A DNA stretch of 64,000 nt, taken from the NCBI GenBank assembly GCA_949298805.1, contig CASFXY010000006.1:17442-81441 (forward strand), read 5' to 3'. Shown here in pieces: positions 47,530 to 59,163 of this stretch (position 1 is its first letter; every line of letters begins with the position of its first letter). This DNA comes from an uncultured bacterium. Its GTDB lineage: Bacteria > Cyanobacteriota > Vampirovibrionia > Gastranaerophilales > Gastranaerophilaceae. The position numbers were made by a program, and so were the translations under genes. Below the pieces are notes generated by a model, which was not told the DNA's origin, did no database searches, and worked only from the letters and a program-made list of their open reading frames with translations.

Positions 47530-49425
47530 AATACCTTTTACTTCCGGTATTTTTTGAACAAGCATTTTTATAAGTTTCTCATTTGTTTTTTGAAGTTTTT
47601 CATATTTTTCCAAGCTTTGTTCCGAGTTGATTTTTTTTAGATTTTCAAAATATCTGTTTGTGTAGGATGCGCATAAAAACATAACAAAGGGCAGGCTGTA
47701 ATATTTATTTATCAATTGGTTTAAGCTAAAAATTATTTTGTCTTGCAGTTTTTCAATATTTTTGGTTACGGTTTTTCTTCTTGAAAATTCTTTTAAGATT
47801 TCATTTTGCAAGTTTTGCAGGGGCATAAGAATATTTTCAATTTCAGAGTATGTTTTTGACATTTTTTCTTTCAAATCGTTAATTTTTGTTTTGTCATAGT
47901 CTTTTACCATGTATGAAATTTCTATCTTTGGTGTTTGAGGATTGTCAATAAGGGCATCTTCAAGTTTCATATTTTTAAAACCGTTAATCTGCGCCCCTCC
48001 GACGGATGAATTTATAAGATTAATATTTTTGTTGTTATTTTTTGCAAATTCTTCAAAATATTTTATAAAAATGGCATAACAAGCTTGTGTCGGGATTATT
48101 TCTCCATTTTGACCAGTAACGGAATAAATGGTTGCATTAAGTTTTTTAATATAGTTTTTTACATAATAATCAGCATATTTTCCTTCCAGATATTTTTTTG
48201 AGAGAAGTTTTCTCTTGTAATCTTCATAGTTTTTTGCCCGAATTTCATATTTGTTTAATTCGGAATTAAAAATACATTCCAAATCTTCATAAGCACTTCC
48301 TTTTGCGTAGCATTCACCGTTTTTAAATGCTAAATCTTGTCCGCATAAAATAATCTTGTCAAATCCCATAATTTTCGCGCTTGACAGTGCACAATATGAA
48401 ACGGTTCCTATTGTTTTATTGTTTGAAATATCTATATTTAGCGTATTTGCAAGAATGTCATTTAAAAAATTATTTTTTGAAAAAAATAAAAACCTGTTTT
48501 TTACTTTTAAGTTCCACAGGTATGAATTAGAATAAGGCTCAAATATCAAATTTATTTTGCTTAAATCAATCCCTTCAAGCTGAGTGCTGGTATCCATTGC
48601 TTCGACTACACATAAAAAATCGGGGATTATGTTATTTTTTTCCAAAAGTTTCATTGCAGGGCCTACGGCAAAAAGAATAAACCTGTCACGATATTTTTTA
48701 ATTATGTCAATATTTTCTTTTAGTGAAGGACCTGCAGAAGCTATTAGCGCAGATGAACCTTTATAAATATTTTTGAGTGATGAAACAATTGGCGTGTTTG
48801 CAATATTATCGATATTTTGAATTGTGTTAATTGTTGCAAGGGGTGCAATTTTATTTATCGTATTTGTATTAGCCTGCTTTTCTCCATGTTTTTGCTCTAT
48901 AAGATTTGCAAAAGAGTATATATCATTTTTGTAAAGGTTAAAGTATGAATTTAAGAAAGAAATTGTAATTTTTGTTTCTTTGTCTGCAAGTATATCTATA
49001 AATTTTAAAAGTTTTTCTTTTCTATTTGTAATAAAAACATTATTTTTTGAAAGGTTTTCACTAAATTCTAAAATTTCAAAAACTGCCCTTAAAAGTTCAA
49101 TGTCAGGTTCATATATTATTATATTTCCTTGAGTTTTTGAAATAAATTCATCCGGTAAATATCCCAGCCCAAGACCGTAAATTATTCTTATTGCATTTTT
49201 GTTTTCTATGTCTTCGATTTTATCTGTAATTTTTTGTGCTTCAAGTTTTGCATTGTTATAATTATGTATTAAAATTGAGTTGTACAGAAGATTATACTCG
49301 CCGTTTTGGTTTTGCGTTAATTCAAAAGTTGATTTTGTTTTATTTATAGTTAAAATTTCATTAGCAAAATTTGTGTCGTACCTTTTTATGGCATTAAGAT
49401 TTTCGCTCAATACTTTATTTTCCAT
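47515..49425 (-). CDS. Motility-associated factor Maf-like protein (DUF115/MptE-like glycosyltransferase family)
   Basis: Core ALIASAGPSLKENIDIIKKYRDRFILFAVGPAMKLLEKNNIIPDFLCVVEA. The ATG at 49425 (MENKVL) is chosen because the ORF-track start at 49554 would run into the divergent gene. Confidence 0.65.
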   Translation of the reverse strand: MENKVLSENLNAIKRYDTNFANEILTINKTKSTFELTQNQNGEYNLLYNSILIHNYNNAKLEAQKITDKIEDIENKNAIRIIYGLGLGYLPDEFISKTQGNIIIYEPDIELLRAVFEILEFSENLSKNNVFITNRKEKLLKFIDILADKETKITISFLNSYFNLYKNDIYSFANLIEQKHGEKQANTNTINKIAPLATINTIQNIDNIANTPIVSSLKNIYKGSSALIASAGPSLKENIDIIKKYRDRFILFAVGPAMKLLEKNNIIPDFLCVVEAMDTSTQLEGIDLSKINLIFEPYSNSYLWNLKVKNRFLFFSKNNFLNDILANTLNIDISNNKTIGTVSYCALSSAKIMGFDKIILCGQDLAFKNGECYAKGSAYEDLECIFNSELNKYEIRAKNYEDYKRKLLSKKYLEGKYADYYVKNYIKKLNATIYSVTGQNGEIIPTQACYAIFIKYFEEFAKNNNKNINLINSSVGGAQINGFKNMKLEDALIDNPQTPKIEISYMVKDYDKTKINDLKEKMSKTYSEIENILMPLQNLQNEILKEFSRRKTVTKNIEKLQDKIIFSLNQLINKYYSLPFVMFLCASYTNRYFENLKKINSEQSLEKYEKLQKTNEKLIKMLVQKIPEVKGILLNK

Positions 49426-49455
49426 AATTGTTATGTTAACATTAAGAGGGTATAT

Positions 49456-50070
49456 ATGGCAAACTTCAAAGAATTTAAAAAAATATTTCTGTTTGCAGTA
49501 CTTTTTTGTTCTGTGATATTCTTTGCCCCTATGAATTTCTGTTCCGCGCAACAAGATGTCGGAAGTAATGAAAACTCAAAATATGAAAAAATATATGAGG
49601 AATTACCGGAGGCAGATTTCAGCTATATTTTTAATCTTGACCCTTATCAAACCGAAGAATATACAAAATATATGTATGCGCCTTATCCTTTATTTAGAAC
49701 CGCGATAAGATTTGTGTTTAAAAATACCATAATTGAACCTGGTTATTATCTTTTGACACCACGAGAAAAAGACGGCAAATGGTATGTGCTTTTTAAAACA
49801 AACGGCAAAGTAAAATACATTATACCCGTTTATAAAAAAGAACTGACAGACCCTTTGTTTTATGAAAAATATGTACCTGAAAGAAAACTGACTTTTTGGC
49901 AAAATATTTGTGAAAAAACAAAAAATACCATGGGCAGACTATTCCCAAAGAAAACACAAAGGATGCCTCCGCCAAAATCGTATATTGATGTGAACGAACT
50001 TGGTACTCAATACTGGCAAGTTATACTTTATTATGGTGCGAGCAAATATTATATGATTTTTATGAGATAA
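49456..50070 (+). CDS. Hypothetical secreted protein
   Basis: AGAGGG SD and a signal peptide (IFLFAVLFCSVIFFAPMNFCSA-QQD). No family recognised. Confidence 0.6.
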   Translation: MANFKEFKKIFLFAVLFCSVIFFAPMNFCSAQQDVGSNENSKYEKIYEELPEADFSYIFNLDPYQTEEYTKYMYAPYPLFRTAIRFVFKNTIIEPGYYLLTPREKDGKWYVLFKTNGKVKYIIPVYKKELTDPLFYEKYVPERKLTFWQNICEKTKNTMGRLFPKKTQRMPPPKSYIDVNELGTQYWQVILYYGASKYYMIFMR

Positions 50071-50101
50071 TAAATTTAGCCCTTAAGATAGAGGAAAAAA
50101 G

Positions 50102-51094
50102 ATGAAAAAAATATTTACGGTTTTAATGATTTTATGCATGCTCGGTTCAAACGCATGGGCATTTTCTCTTTTCAAGAAAGATAATTCACAAAAGAAGAAT
50201 CCGATTAAAGAATTTTTTGCAAAAAAAGATGTCAAAACTGATGAATATTTCCAAAATGATGAAGACACAAAAGAAATAAAAAATCTCCTTAAATTGCTTA
50301 CAAGGTATTCTAACGAACACAATGCGGATAAAATTATTACTTTGTATGATAAAACATACAGGAGTTATGACGGGTTTGATTATGACACTTTTAAAAAAAT
50401 GCTAAAAGAAACTTTTGAGGCATACGAGAATATAACATATAAAAGCAAGATTGAAAGTATTCATTTATATGGGGACAAGGCTGTTGCAAATCTTGTGGAT
50501 AAGACAAGTGCAACACTTGAGAGCAAGAGTATGCAAGAAAAAGTTAAAAAAATTGCAGATTCTGATTTGAATACAGGGGAATTAGAGGGCGAGTGCAATT
50601 ATTCCGTTTATCTTCAAAAAATAAATGACGAGTGGAAAATAATCGGCGATAATGTAATCTCTGAAGTTACATCTGTTAAATATGGCAGCGCAAAACAATA
50701 TCCTATGGAATTTCTTGCGCCATTGAGCATTGCAAAAGACAAAGAGTACTGTTTGACTTTAAAAATGCCTGTTCAAAAGGGGGTAAAAGTCGTTGCATCG
50801 TTGGGCAAGGAGGAGATTTTATACCCGAGTGTCGAGCCTGAGGATGTGTTTAGGAAACTCCCAAAAGATGGTATTTTAGAGCGCATTGTTCGTTCAAACA
50901 AAGATGGTTTTAACGAATATGCAATGGCATCTGTCGGCATTACGGAAATAAGTGTGGCACAAGATTTTAGTGCAATTCAATTTAAAATGACAGGTCTTGC
51001 ATTTTTAATGCAAAGAGTTAATTTGTATACGGAATTAAATCCGTTAAGAGAGGATAAGAAAGATAAAAAAGAAACTTCTGAAAATAAAGGATAA
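50102..51094 (+). CDS. Hypothetical secreted protein, possibly with an NTF2-like/DUF4440-like N-domain
   Basis: AGAGGA SD and a signal peptide (IFTVLMILCMLGSNAWA). The segment IKNLLKLLTRYSNEHNADKIITLYD...IHLYGDKAVANL...WKIIGD looks NTF2-like, which is tentative. Confidence 0.6.
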   Translation: MKKIFTVLMILCMLGSNAWAFSLFKKDNSQKKNPIKEFFAKKDVKTDEYFQNDEDTKEIKNLLKLLTRYSNEHNADKIITLYDKTYRSYDGFDYDTFKKMLKETFEAYENITYKSKIESIHLYGDKAVANLVDKTSATLESKSMQEKVKKIADSDLNTGELEGECNYSVYLQKINDEWKIIGDNVISEVTSVKYGSAKQYPMEFLAPLSIAKDKEYCLTLKMPVQKGVKVVASLGKEEILYPSVEPEDVFRKLPKDGILERIVRSNKDGFNEYAMASVGITEISVAQDFSAIQFKMTGLAFLMQRVNLYTELNPLREDKKDKKETSENKG

Positions 51095-51128
51095 AAGGGC
51101 ATTTATATTTTATATACTTTCAACATTT

Positions 51129-51578
51129 ATGCTGTGGCAATTGGGTGTTACAATAAGAGAGTTGTGCATTGATACGTTTGCACAAATAAGCACTCAGGGC
51201 AGTGCGGTTTTATCTTTTGTATATGCAAAAAATACAGGCGGTGCTTTTTCTTTGTTTGAGGGACATCCTTATTTGTTGGCAATTTTTGCAGTTCTTGTCC
51301 TTGGTGCACTCATTGTTTATGTCTATAAAAAAGTTATTTTCAATGATAAATTCCGTATTTTAGCGCTTGTTTTTTTTAGTGCGGGTATTTTAGGGAATTT
51401 ATATGAGAGAATAACTTTTGGTTATGTTATTGATTATATTAAGTTGAATTTTATTAACTTTGCGGTCTTCAATGTTTTTGATGTTATGATTTGCGGTTCT
51501 GTTTTTATTTTTATTTTTATGGTTTTGTATGAAGATATAATTTTAATTTGTGCTAGAAATGGAAAAAATAAATCTTAA
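51129..51578 (+). CDS. lspA: Lipoprotein signal peptidase II (variant)
   Basis: KNTGGAFSLF, GILGNLYERITFGYVIDYI, FNVFDVMICGS. Glu replaces the first catalytic Asp, and the usual N-terminal helix looks truncated. Confidence 0.7.
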   Translation: MLWQLGVTIRELCIDTFAQISTQGSAVLSFVYAKNTGGAFSLFEGHPYLLAIFAVLVLGALIVYVYKKVIFNDKFRILALVFFSAGILGNLYERITFGYVIDYIKLNFINFAVFNVFDVMICGSVFIFIFMVLYEDIILICARNGKNKS

Positions 51579-52500
51579 TATTGAAAATAAAAATCGTAGG
51601 CTCGATGTTTTTTTATCTTCTTATTTTAATGTGGGAAGGAAAATGATTTCAAGCGCAATTGATAAGGGGTTGATTTTTGTAAATGGTGTGCAAAAAAAAT
51701 CTTCTTATAAATTAAAAGGTGACGAAATTATTGAATATGACTCTAAAATATTTGAAAAAGAAGAACTTGTTATAAAACCGCAAAATATCAAGCTTGATAT
51801 AAAATATGAGGATGATTATTTAATTGTTTTAAATAAGCCTAAAAATATGTTGACCCATCCGACTGTTTATGAGGTTGAAAATACTCTTGTTAATGCGCTT
51901 TTGTACCATTGTGGAGATAATCTTTCAAATCGCGATGAGCCCTTTAGGCGCGGAATTGTACACAGATTGGATAAAAATACTGCAGGACTTATGCTTGTTG
52001 CAAAAACGGATGAAGCTGCATTTTTATTGCAAAAACAAATTAGGGAAAAAACTGCGATAAGAAAATACTTGGCAATTGCTCTTGGTGATTTTAAACAAAA
52101 TTACGGAGTTATTAATAAGCCTCTTAAGCATTATATGACTGAAACGGTAAAAATGCGTGTATCAAATGAAGAAGGTTCGAAAGAAGCAATAACAAGTTAT
52201 AAAGTTTTAGAAAAGTTTCAAGGCGCCGCACTTGTTGAACTTGAACTTAAAACCGGCAGAACTCATCAAATAAGAGCACATTTGGCATCAATTAATCATC
52301 CTGTTTTTGGCGACACATTGTATGGTGCAAAAGGATTTACCATTGAAAAATATAGGGGTATCAAAACCATCGAACAAGTTTTGCAGTCTTATTATCTCGG
52401 CTTTACACATCCGAAAAATAATGAGATAATGACTTTTGAACTTGACCAAAAAGATTGGGACAGTGATTTAGTTAAGGTTTTAAAAATAATGAGGGAATGA
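51550..52500 (+). CDS. rluD: 23S rRNA pseudouridine synthase, RluA/RluD family
   Basis: S4-like N-terminus (RLDVFLSSYF), HRLDKNTAGLMLVAK, GRTHQIRAHL. The start may be the ATG at 51559. Confidence 0.88.
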   Translation: MLEMEKINLNIENKNRRLDVFLSSYFNVGRKMISSAIDKGLIFVNGVQKKSSYKLKGDEIIEYDSKIFEKEELVIKPQNIKLDIKYEDDYLIVLNKPKNMLTHPTVYEVENTLVNALLYHCGDNLSNRDEPFRRGIVHRLDKNTAGLMLVAKTDEAAFLLQKQIREKTAIRKYLAIALGDFKQNYGVINKPLKHYMTETVKMRVSNEEGSKEAITSYKVLEKFQGAALVELELKTGRTHQIRAHLASINHPVFGDTLYGAKGFTIEKYRGIKTIEQVLQSYYLGFTHPKNNEIMTFELDQKDWDSDLVKVLKIMRE

Positions 52501-52838
52501 AAATGAAAAATATTGGTTTATTTTTTGCTTTTATATTGACCGCGGCTTTTGTGTATATTTTTGGTTACAATAATCCTATAATAGCAATTAATTTTGGCGA
52601 TTATCATTATAACCTTGATTTGTTTGTTTATGCATTGTTTGCATTTTTATTCGGCATTTCGGTTGGTGCATTGTTGATGTTGAGAGGGTTTTTTGATGCT
52701 TCGGATAATTATAAAAAATTAAAAAGACAATATGAAAAAACTTCAATTGGTGCTGATGATTCTGATTTAAAAGTAAAAACTCTCGAAAATAAAATTAATA
52801 CTCTTGAAGAAGCCCTTAAAAAAGCTCTTGAAAAGTAG
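52497..52838 (+). CDS. LapA/DUF1049-like small membrane protein with a C-terminal coiled coil
   Basis: Two TM helices followed by KVKTLENKINTLEEALKKALEK. There is an ATGA overlap with rluD. Confidence 0.5.
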   Translation: MKMKNIGLFFAFILTAAFVYIFGYNNPIIAINFGDYHYNLDLFVYALFAFLFGISVGALLMLRGFFDASDNYKKLKRQYEKTSIGADDSDLKVKTLENKINTLEEALKKALEK

Positions 52839-54296
52839 CTATTTTGTTGTCCATAAGTCTTTATGCAATAAAGCCAAAAAAGGGATTAACTCTAATCTGC
52901 CTATCAACATATTAAAAATAAAAATCCATTTTGTAGAAAGTTCAAGGCAATCAAAACTTGCCATAGGACCTATTTTTGCGCTTAATCCGGGGCCAATGTT
53001 GCCCAACGTTGTAATTGAACCTGAAACTGCAAGTGCGGGATTTCCCTCTATTAATCCTACAATAAACGCACTGAGTGCAAAAATAAAGAAATAAAATACA
53101 CAAAAAGCCATCATTTGTTGTGCTATATCAGTAGAAATAGCTTTTCCTTCAAGCTTTATCGGATAAACCGCGCTCGGGTGTATAATTTTTGCAACTTCTC
53201 TTTTTATGTACTTAAAAAGAAATATCCATCTTATAATTTTTAAACCGCCGGCAGTTGAAGCAGCACAAGCACTTGCAAACATTGTTGCAAACAAAAGAGT
53301 TTTTGCATCTGCTGACCATTGTATAAAATCGCAGCTTGCAAACCCTGTTGAGGACATTATGCTAACGGTATTGAAAGCGGAATTTAAAAGATTATTCATA
53401 AAACTGTCTTCATTTGTTGCATTGACAAATATTGCTATTGCAACACTGAATAGTATTGTAAGACCGGTGTAAGTTAAAAACTCTTCGCTTTTTAAAAGCT
53501 CTTTCCATTTTCTTTGTATAAATACTTTGTACTGCAAAATGAAGTTAGCGCCGGATAAAAACATAAAGATAAGCACAACGAGTGTAACTTTTGAATTATG
53601 GTAGCCCATAATACTTTGTGCGTTGGGCGATAATCCGCCTGTTGAAACTGTTGACATGGAGTTGCATATAGCGTTATAAAAATCCATACCGCAAAGCTTC
53701 AACAGTACAATTTGAGCTATTGTTAAGCTGATATACATTGCCCAAAGCCAGCTTGCAGTGTGCCTTATTCTTGGTGTTATTTTTTCTTCAACAGGCCCGG
53801 GGGCTTCTGCCGAGAACATTTGACGACCGGCAACCGCAAAACGGGGCAGAATTGCGATAAACAAAACTACAATGCCCATACCGCCTAGCCATTGGGTCAT
53901 TGAGCGGTAAAAGAAAAAGGTTTTGGGGTAAATATCGAAATTATTTATAATGGTAGCGCCCGTTGTTGTTATACCTGAAACCGATTCAAAAACTGCATTT
54001 GTAAAGTTAAAATTGTAAAAAAGATATGGTATTGCACATACAAGGGCAAAAAATACCCAAGAGAAAAATACTCCGGACAGGGCTTCTGTTTTTTTTACGC
54101 TGTCGATGTCTTTTTCTGACACATGAGCTATGGTAAATAAGAAGCCCAATAATATTGAAACAAATGATGCGCATACAAATGGTAAGACATGATTTAGTTC
54201 TTTGTATGCAAGTGCAAAGAGTATTGGCAGTAGAAGAACTACACCTATGTATCTTAAATTTGAACCTATTATATTTGATACAATGTTATATCTCAT
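52839..54296 (-). CDS. trkH: Trk/Ktr-type potassium uptake protein TrkH
   Basis: Polytopic membrane protein with repeated selectivity-loop motifs (SGITTTGAT, STVSTGGLS, MSSTGFAS, TLGNIGPGL). Confidence 0.88.
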   Translation of the reverse strand: MRYNIVSNIIGSNLRYIGVVLLLPILFALAYKELNHVLPFVCASFVSILLGFLFTIAHVSEKDIDSVKKTEALSGVFFSWVFFALVCAIPYLFYNFNFTNAVFESVSGITTTGATIINNFDIYPKTFFFYRSMTQWLGGMGIVVLFIAILPRFAVAGRQMFSAEAPGPVEEKITPRIRHTASWLWAMYISLTIAQIVLLKLCGMDFYNAICNSMSTVSTGGLSPNAQSIMGYHNSKVTLVVLIFMFLSGANFILQYKVFIQRKWKELLKSEEFLTYTGLTILFSVAIAIFVNATNEDSFMNNLLNSAFNTVSIMSSTGFASCDFIQWSADAKTLLFATMFASACAASTAGGLKIIRWIFLFKYIKREVAKIIHPSAVYPIKLEGKAISTDIAQQMMAFCVFYFFIFALSAFIVGLIEGNPALAVSGSITTLGNIGPGLSAKIGPMASFDCLELSTKWIFIFNMLIGRLELIPFLALLHKDLWTTK

Positions 54297-55633
54297 TACC
54301 TAAAAAAACCTTTGATGTCTGAAACATTTTCAGATTTTGTAAATATTAAAAGTCTGTCGTTTGCCTTTATTAAAGTTTGTCCTTTGGGGATTATTATTTT
54401 TTCCCTGCGTTCAATTATAGCGATAACTGCTCTTGCCGGTAAATTTAATTTCATAAGCATGGTGTCGGGAAAATCATCTCTTACTTTTAGTTCAAGTATT
54501 TCTGCAAGCCCTCTTTCAACTGTAGCTAAAATTCCGGCATGTGATTCTATAATTCTGTTTTTAATTTCATTTACCGCGGCTTCTTTTGGAGATATTGCAA
54601 CATCCACACCTACCTTTTCAAAAAGAGTAGCGGTTGCTGCTTGTGCTACTCTTGTAATTGTCCTTTTTGCACCTAATTGCTTTGTTAAAAGTGAACATAA
54701 AAGATTTTTTTCATCATTATCCGTTACACAAATTGCAACATCCGATGAACCTATTCCTTCTTGTTCCAGCAATTCAAGATTTGTGCCGTCAGCATTTAGC
54801 ACAAGTGTTTTTTTAAGATTTTGAGATAAAAATTCACACCTTTTGTAATTATTTTCAATAATTTTTATCTTCAATTTTGTATTTTCAAGACTTTTTGCAA
54901 GTTCGTAACCAACCGAACCGCCGCCAATTATTGAAATATTTTTTATGTTATTGTCTTGTATAAAAAATTGCCCTGCCGTATCGTTCAGTGCCTCCGGTGT
55001 CCCCATAAATATTGCTTTATCGTTAAGCGCAAATTCACTTTCGCCATTGGGGATGAATAATTCTTCATCTCTTGCAATGCCTACAACAAGTGTCTGGTCG
55101 TTAAAAGAGCAATCTTTCAATTTTTTGTTTTTTAAAATTGAATTTTCTTTTATTCTGTACTCTAGCAATTTTGCTCGCCCGTTTGAAAAATATTCTACAT
55201 CAACCGCATCAGGTACTGTTATTATTCTTAAAATTTCTTGTGTTAACAGCCTTTCAGGCCAGATAACATAATCAATGTAAAGGGCATAATTTTTGTTGTG
55301 TTCTTCTTTTATTGCACGAAGTGAATCTCGGCATTCTTTTTTGGAAACAAAACATACGGTTTCTGCCGATGAGAGTTGTTTTGCAATTAAGCATGCTACA
55401 ATGTTGCCCTCATCAATATTTGTGCAGGCAATAAAAACATCGCAATTTTTTATATCCGCTTCTCTTAAAATGTTAATATTAGATGCATCAGCGCACATTG
55501 TGGTCAAATCCAAATTATTGAATTTTTCCAGATTTTTAGAGTCCGGATCTATAACTATAATGTCATGGTCTTCGAAGAATTCGGCTGCAATAATCGAACC
55601 CATTTCGTTTGCACCGTAAATAATTATTTTCAT
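54296..55633 (-). CDS. trkA: Trk system NAD-binding protein TrkA (two RCK units)
   Basis: MKIIIYGANEMGS and ISIIGGGSVGYELA are Rossmann starts. There is a TAATG overlap with trkH. Confidence 0.85.
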   Translation of the reverse strand: MKIIIYGANEMGSIIAAEFFEDHDIIVIDPDSKNLEKFNNLDLTTMCADASNINILREADIKNCDVFIACTNIDEGNIVACLIAKQLSSAETVCFVSKKECRDSLRAIKEEHNKNYALYIDYVIWPERLLTQEILRIITVPDAVDVEYFSNGRAKLLEYRIKENSILKNKKLKDCSFNDQTLVVGIARDEELFIPNGESEFALNDKAIFMGTPEALNDTAGQFFIQDNNIKNISIIGGGSVGYELAKSLENTKLKIKIIENNYKRCEFLSQNLKKTLVLNADGTNLELLEQEGIGSSDVAICVTDNDEKNLLCSLLTKQLGAKRTITRVAQAATATLFEKVGVDVAISPKEAAVNEIKNRIIESHAGILATVERGLAEILELKVRDDFPDTMLMKLNLPARAVIAIIERREKIIIPKGQTLIKANDRLLIFTKSENVSDIKGFFR

Positions 55634-55679
55634 AAATATAATTATTAGATAAACATTTTTATTTTCAAGTGGTTAAAAA

Positions 55680-55707
55680 TTTGCACCATGCCTTTTTTGT
55701 AGTAAAA
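55680..55707 (+). promoter_or_regulatory. Putative sigma-70-type promoter of gyrB
   Basis: TTGCAC, 16-nt spacer, TAAAAT. It lies 37 nt upstream of the ATG. Confidence 0.3.
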
Positions 55708-55716
55708 TATTATTAA

Positions 55717-58191
<2,475 letters not shown>

Positions 58192-58215
58192 GAATAAATT
58201 ATTCAATAGATTGTT

Positions 58216-59058
58216 CTACAAGTTTGTTTCATAGAGCATTCCGTATTTGTCGGCAATCCTTTGTACCAATTCATGGCGCGTTTTTATGCCTTCTTGTGTT
58301 TCAAGAAAATTATATATTTCATCTTTGTTGTCAATTATGCAATTATGGGCCTTGTTGTATTTATTAGGATTAAATAATAACTGATAATACATTAGTTTTT
58401 TTAATGCTTCCATTATATCTTTTGGGCTTTGGTTGGTATCAATTCCAAATTTTGTGAGATATTGGAAAACATCTGAATCGCTAATTGTTTCGATATCTTG
58501 CCCGAGAGTGTCTTTCACAAAATCTCTGCCCATTTGTAAAACATCGTCCGAATTTTCATTATAATCAATTCCAAGTTTTTCCAATGCCATAAGGTTTAGT
58601 TGTTTTTCAAGTTCATAATACATTTCTTCGTAAGTTTTGGGGCTACGAAACAAATGTTGTTTTGTTAATCTTGAAAATTTACCTTCTTTTGTCAGTGCTT
58701 CTTCGCTTTGTGCATCTGTGGTCAATAATACTGCTATATCTCCACTTGAAAGCGGCAATGGTTCGGGATGTCCGTGCAACATTATTGCACCGGGGACAAT
58801 TTTCCTTGAATCTACACTGCATTTTTTCCTATTACCTGAATTTGTATGGCAAACTTTTCCTTCAGGTGAAATAACAAAGCTATATTCAATTCCGTTTTTT
58901 ATAAGTTCGTGTATTATTTTTTGTCTTGCCGATTTTATGGCAGCTTCTGTTTTATTCTGTACAAAACAGTCGTATTCCATAGGTTTTGCAACTTTGTTTT
59001 TTGAATGCAAATTTTGCTGAGGGTTAACTTGTCCTAAAAAATTAATTGCATTAATCAT
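58216..59058 (-). CDS. Hypothetical protein with a JAB/MPN(RadC)-like N-domain and a helical C-domain
   Basis: EYSFVISPEGKV...GAIMLHGHPEPLPLSSGDIAVL resembles the JAMM pattern E...HxHx7SxxD, but the spacing is one residue shorter. Confidence 0.45.
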   Translation of the reverse strand: MINAINFLGQVNPQQNLHSKNKVAKPMEYDCFVQNKTEAAIKSARQKIIHELIKNGIEYSFVISPEGKVCHTNSGNRKKCSVDSRKIVPGAIMLHGHPEPLPLSSGDIAVLLTTDAQSEEALTKEGKFSRLTKQHLFRSPKTYEEMYYELEKQLNLMALEKLGIDYNENSDDVLQMGRDFVKDTLGQDIETISDSDVFQYLTKFGIDTNQSPKDIMEALKKLMYYQLLFNPNKYNKAHNCIIDNKDEIYNFLETQEGIKTRHELVQRIADKYGMLYETNL

Positions 59059-59123
59059 TTTTTACTCCTTTTGTAAGCAAATAAAGTCTGCTCAATTTAA
59101 AAAATTGATAAATTTGCAAGATA

Positions 59124-59142
59124 ATTAACAATTCTTAATAAA
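59124..59142 (+). promoter_or_regulatory. Copy C (degenerate) of the recurrent intergenic motif (ATTAACAATTCTTAATAAA)
   Basis: 16/19 match to 37631-37649. It lies between the divergent JAB-like and GNAT genes. Confidence 0.35.
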
Positions 59143-59163
59143 CTATCTAAAAAAAATATTTTC

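Noticed and set aside
49426-49554. N-terminal 43-codon extension of the Maf-like ORF in the ORF track. Analogous extensions occur at 59852-59896 (comM), 61469-61495 (thioredoxin), 40279-40314 (TPR) and 20206-20235 (fcl).
   Set aside because: The extensions overlap neighbouring genes or promoters, are basic and low-complexity, and are followed by an internal ATG with better context and a family-typical N-terminus.
52804-53094. 96-aa plus-strand ORF continuing past the LapA-like gene
   Set aside because: It lies antisense to the 3' end of trkH and has no independent support.
54312-55619. Three long plus-strand ORFs (170, 108 and 108 aa) inside trkA. Similar ORFs lie inside cheA (41915-42406), metG (3538-3927) and ftsZ (19191-19881).
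   Set aside because: All are antisense to genes with strong family motifs, have low-complexity Ser/Phe/Ile composition and lack ribosome-binding sites. They are typical shadow frames.
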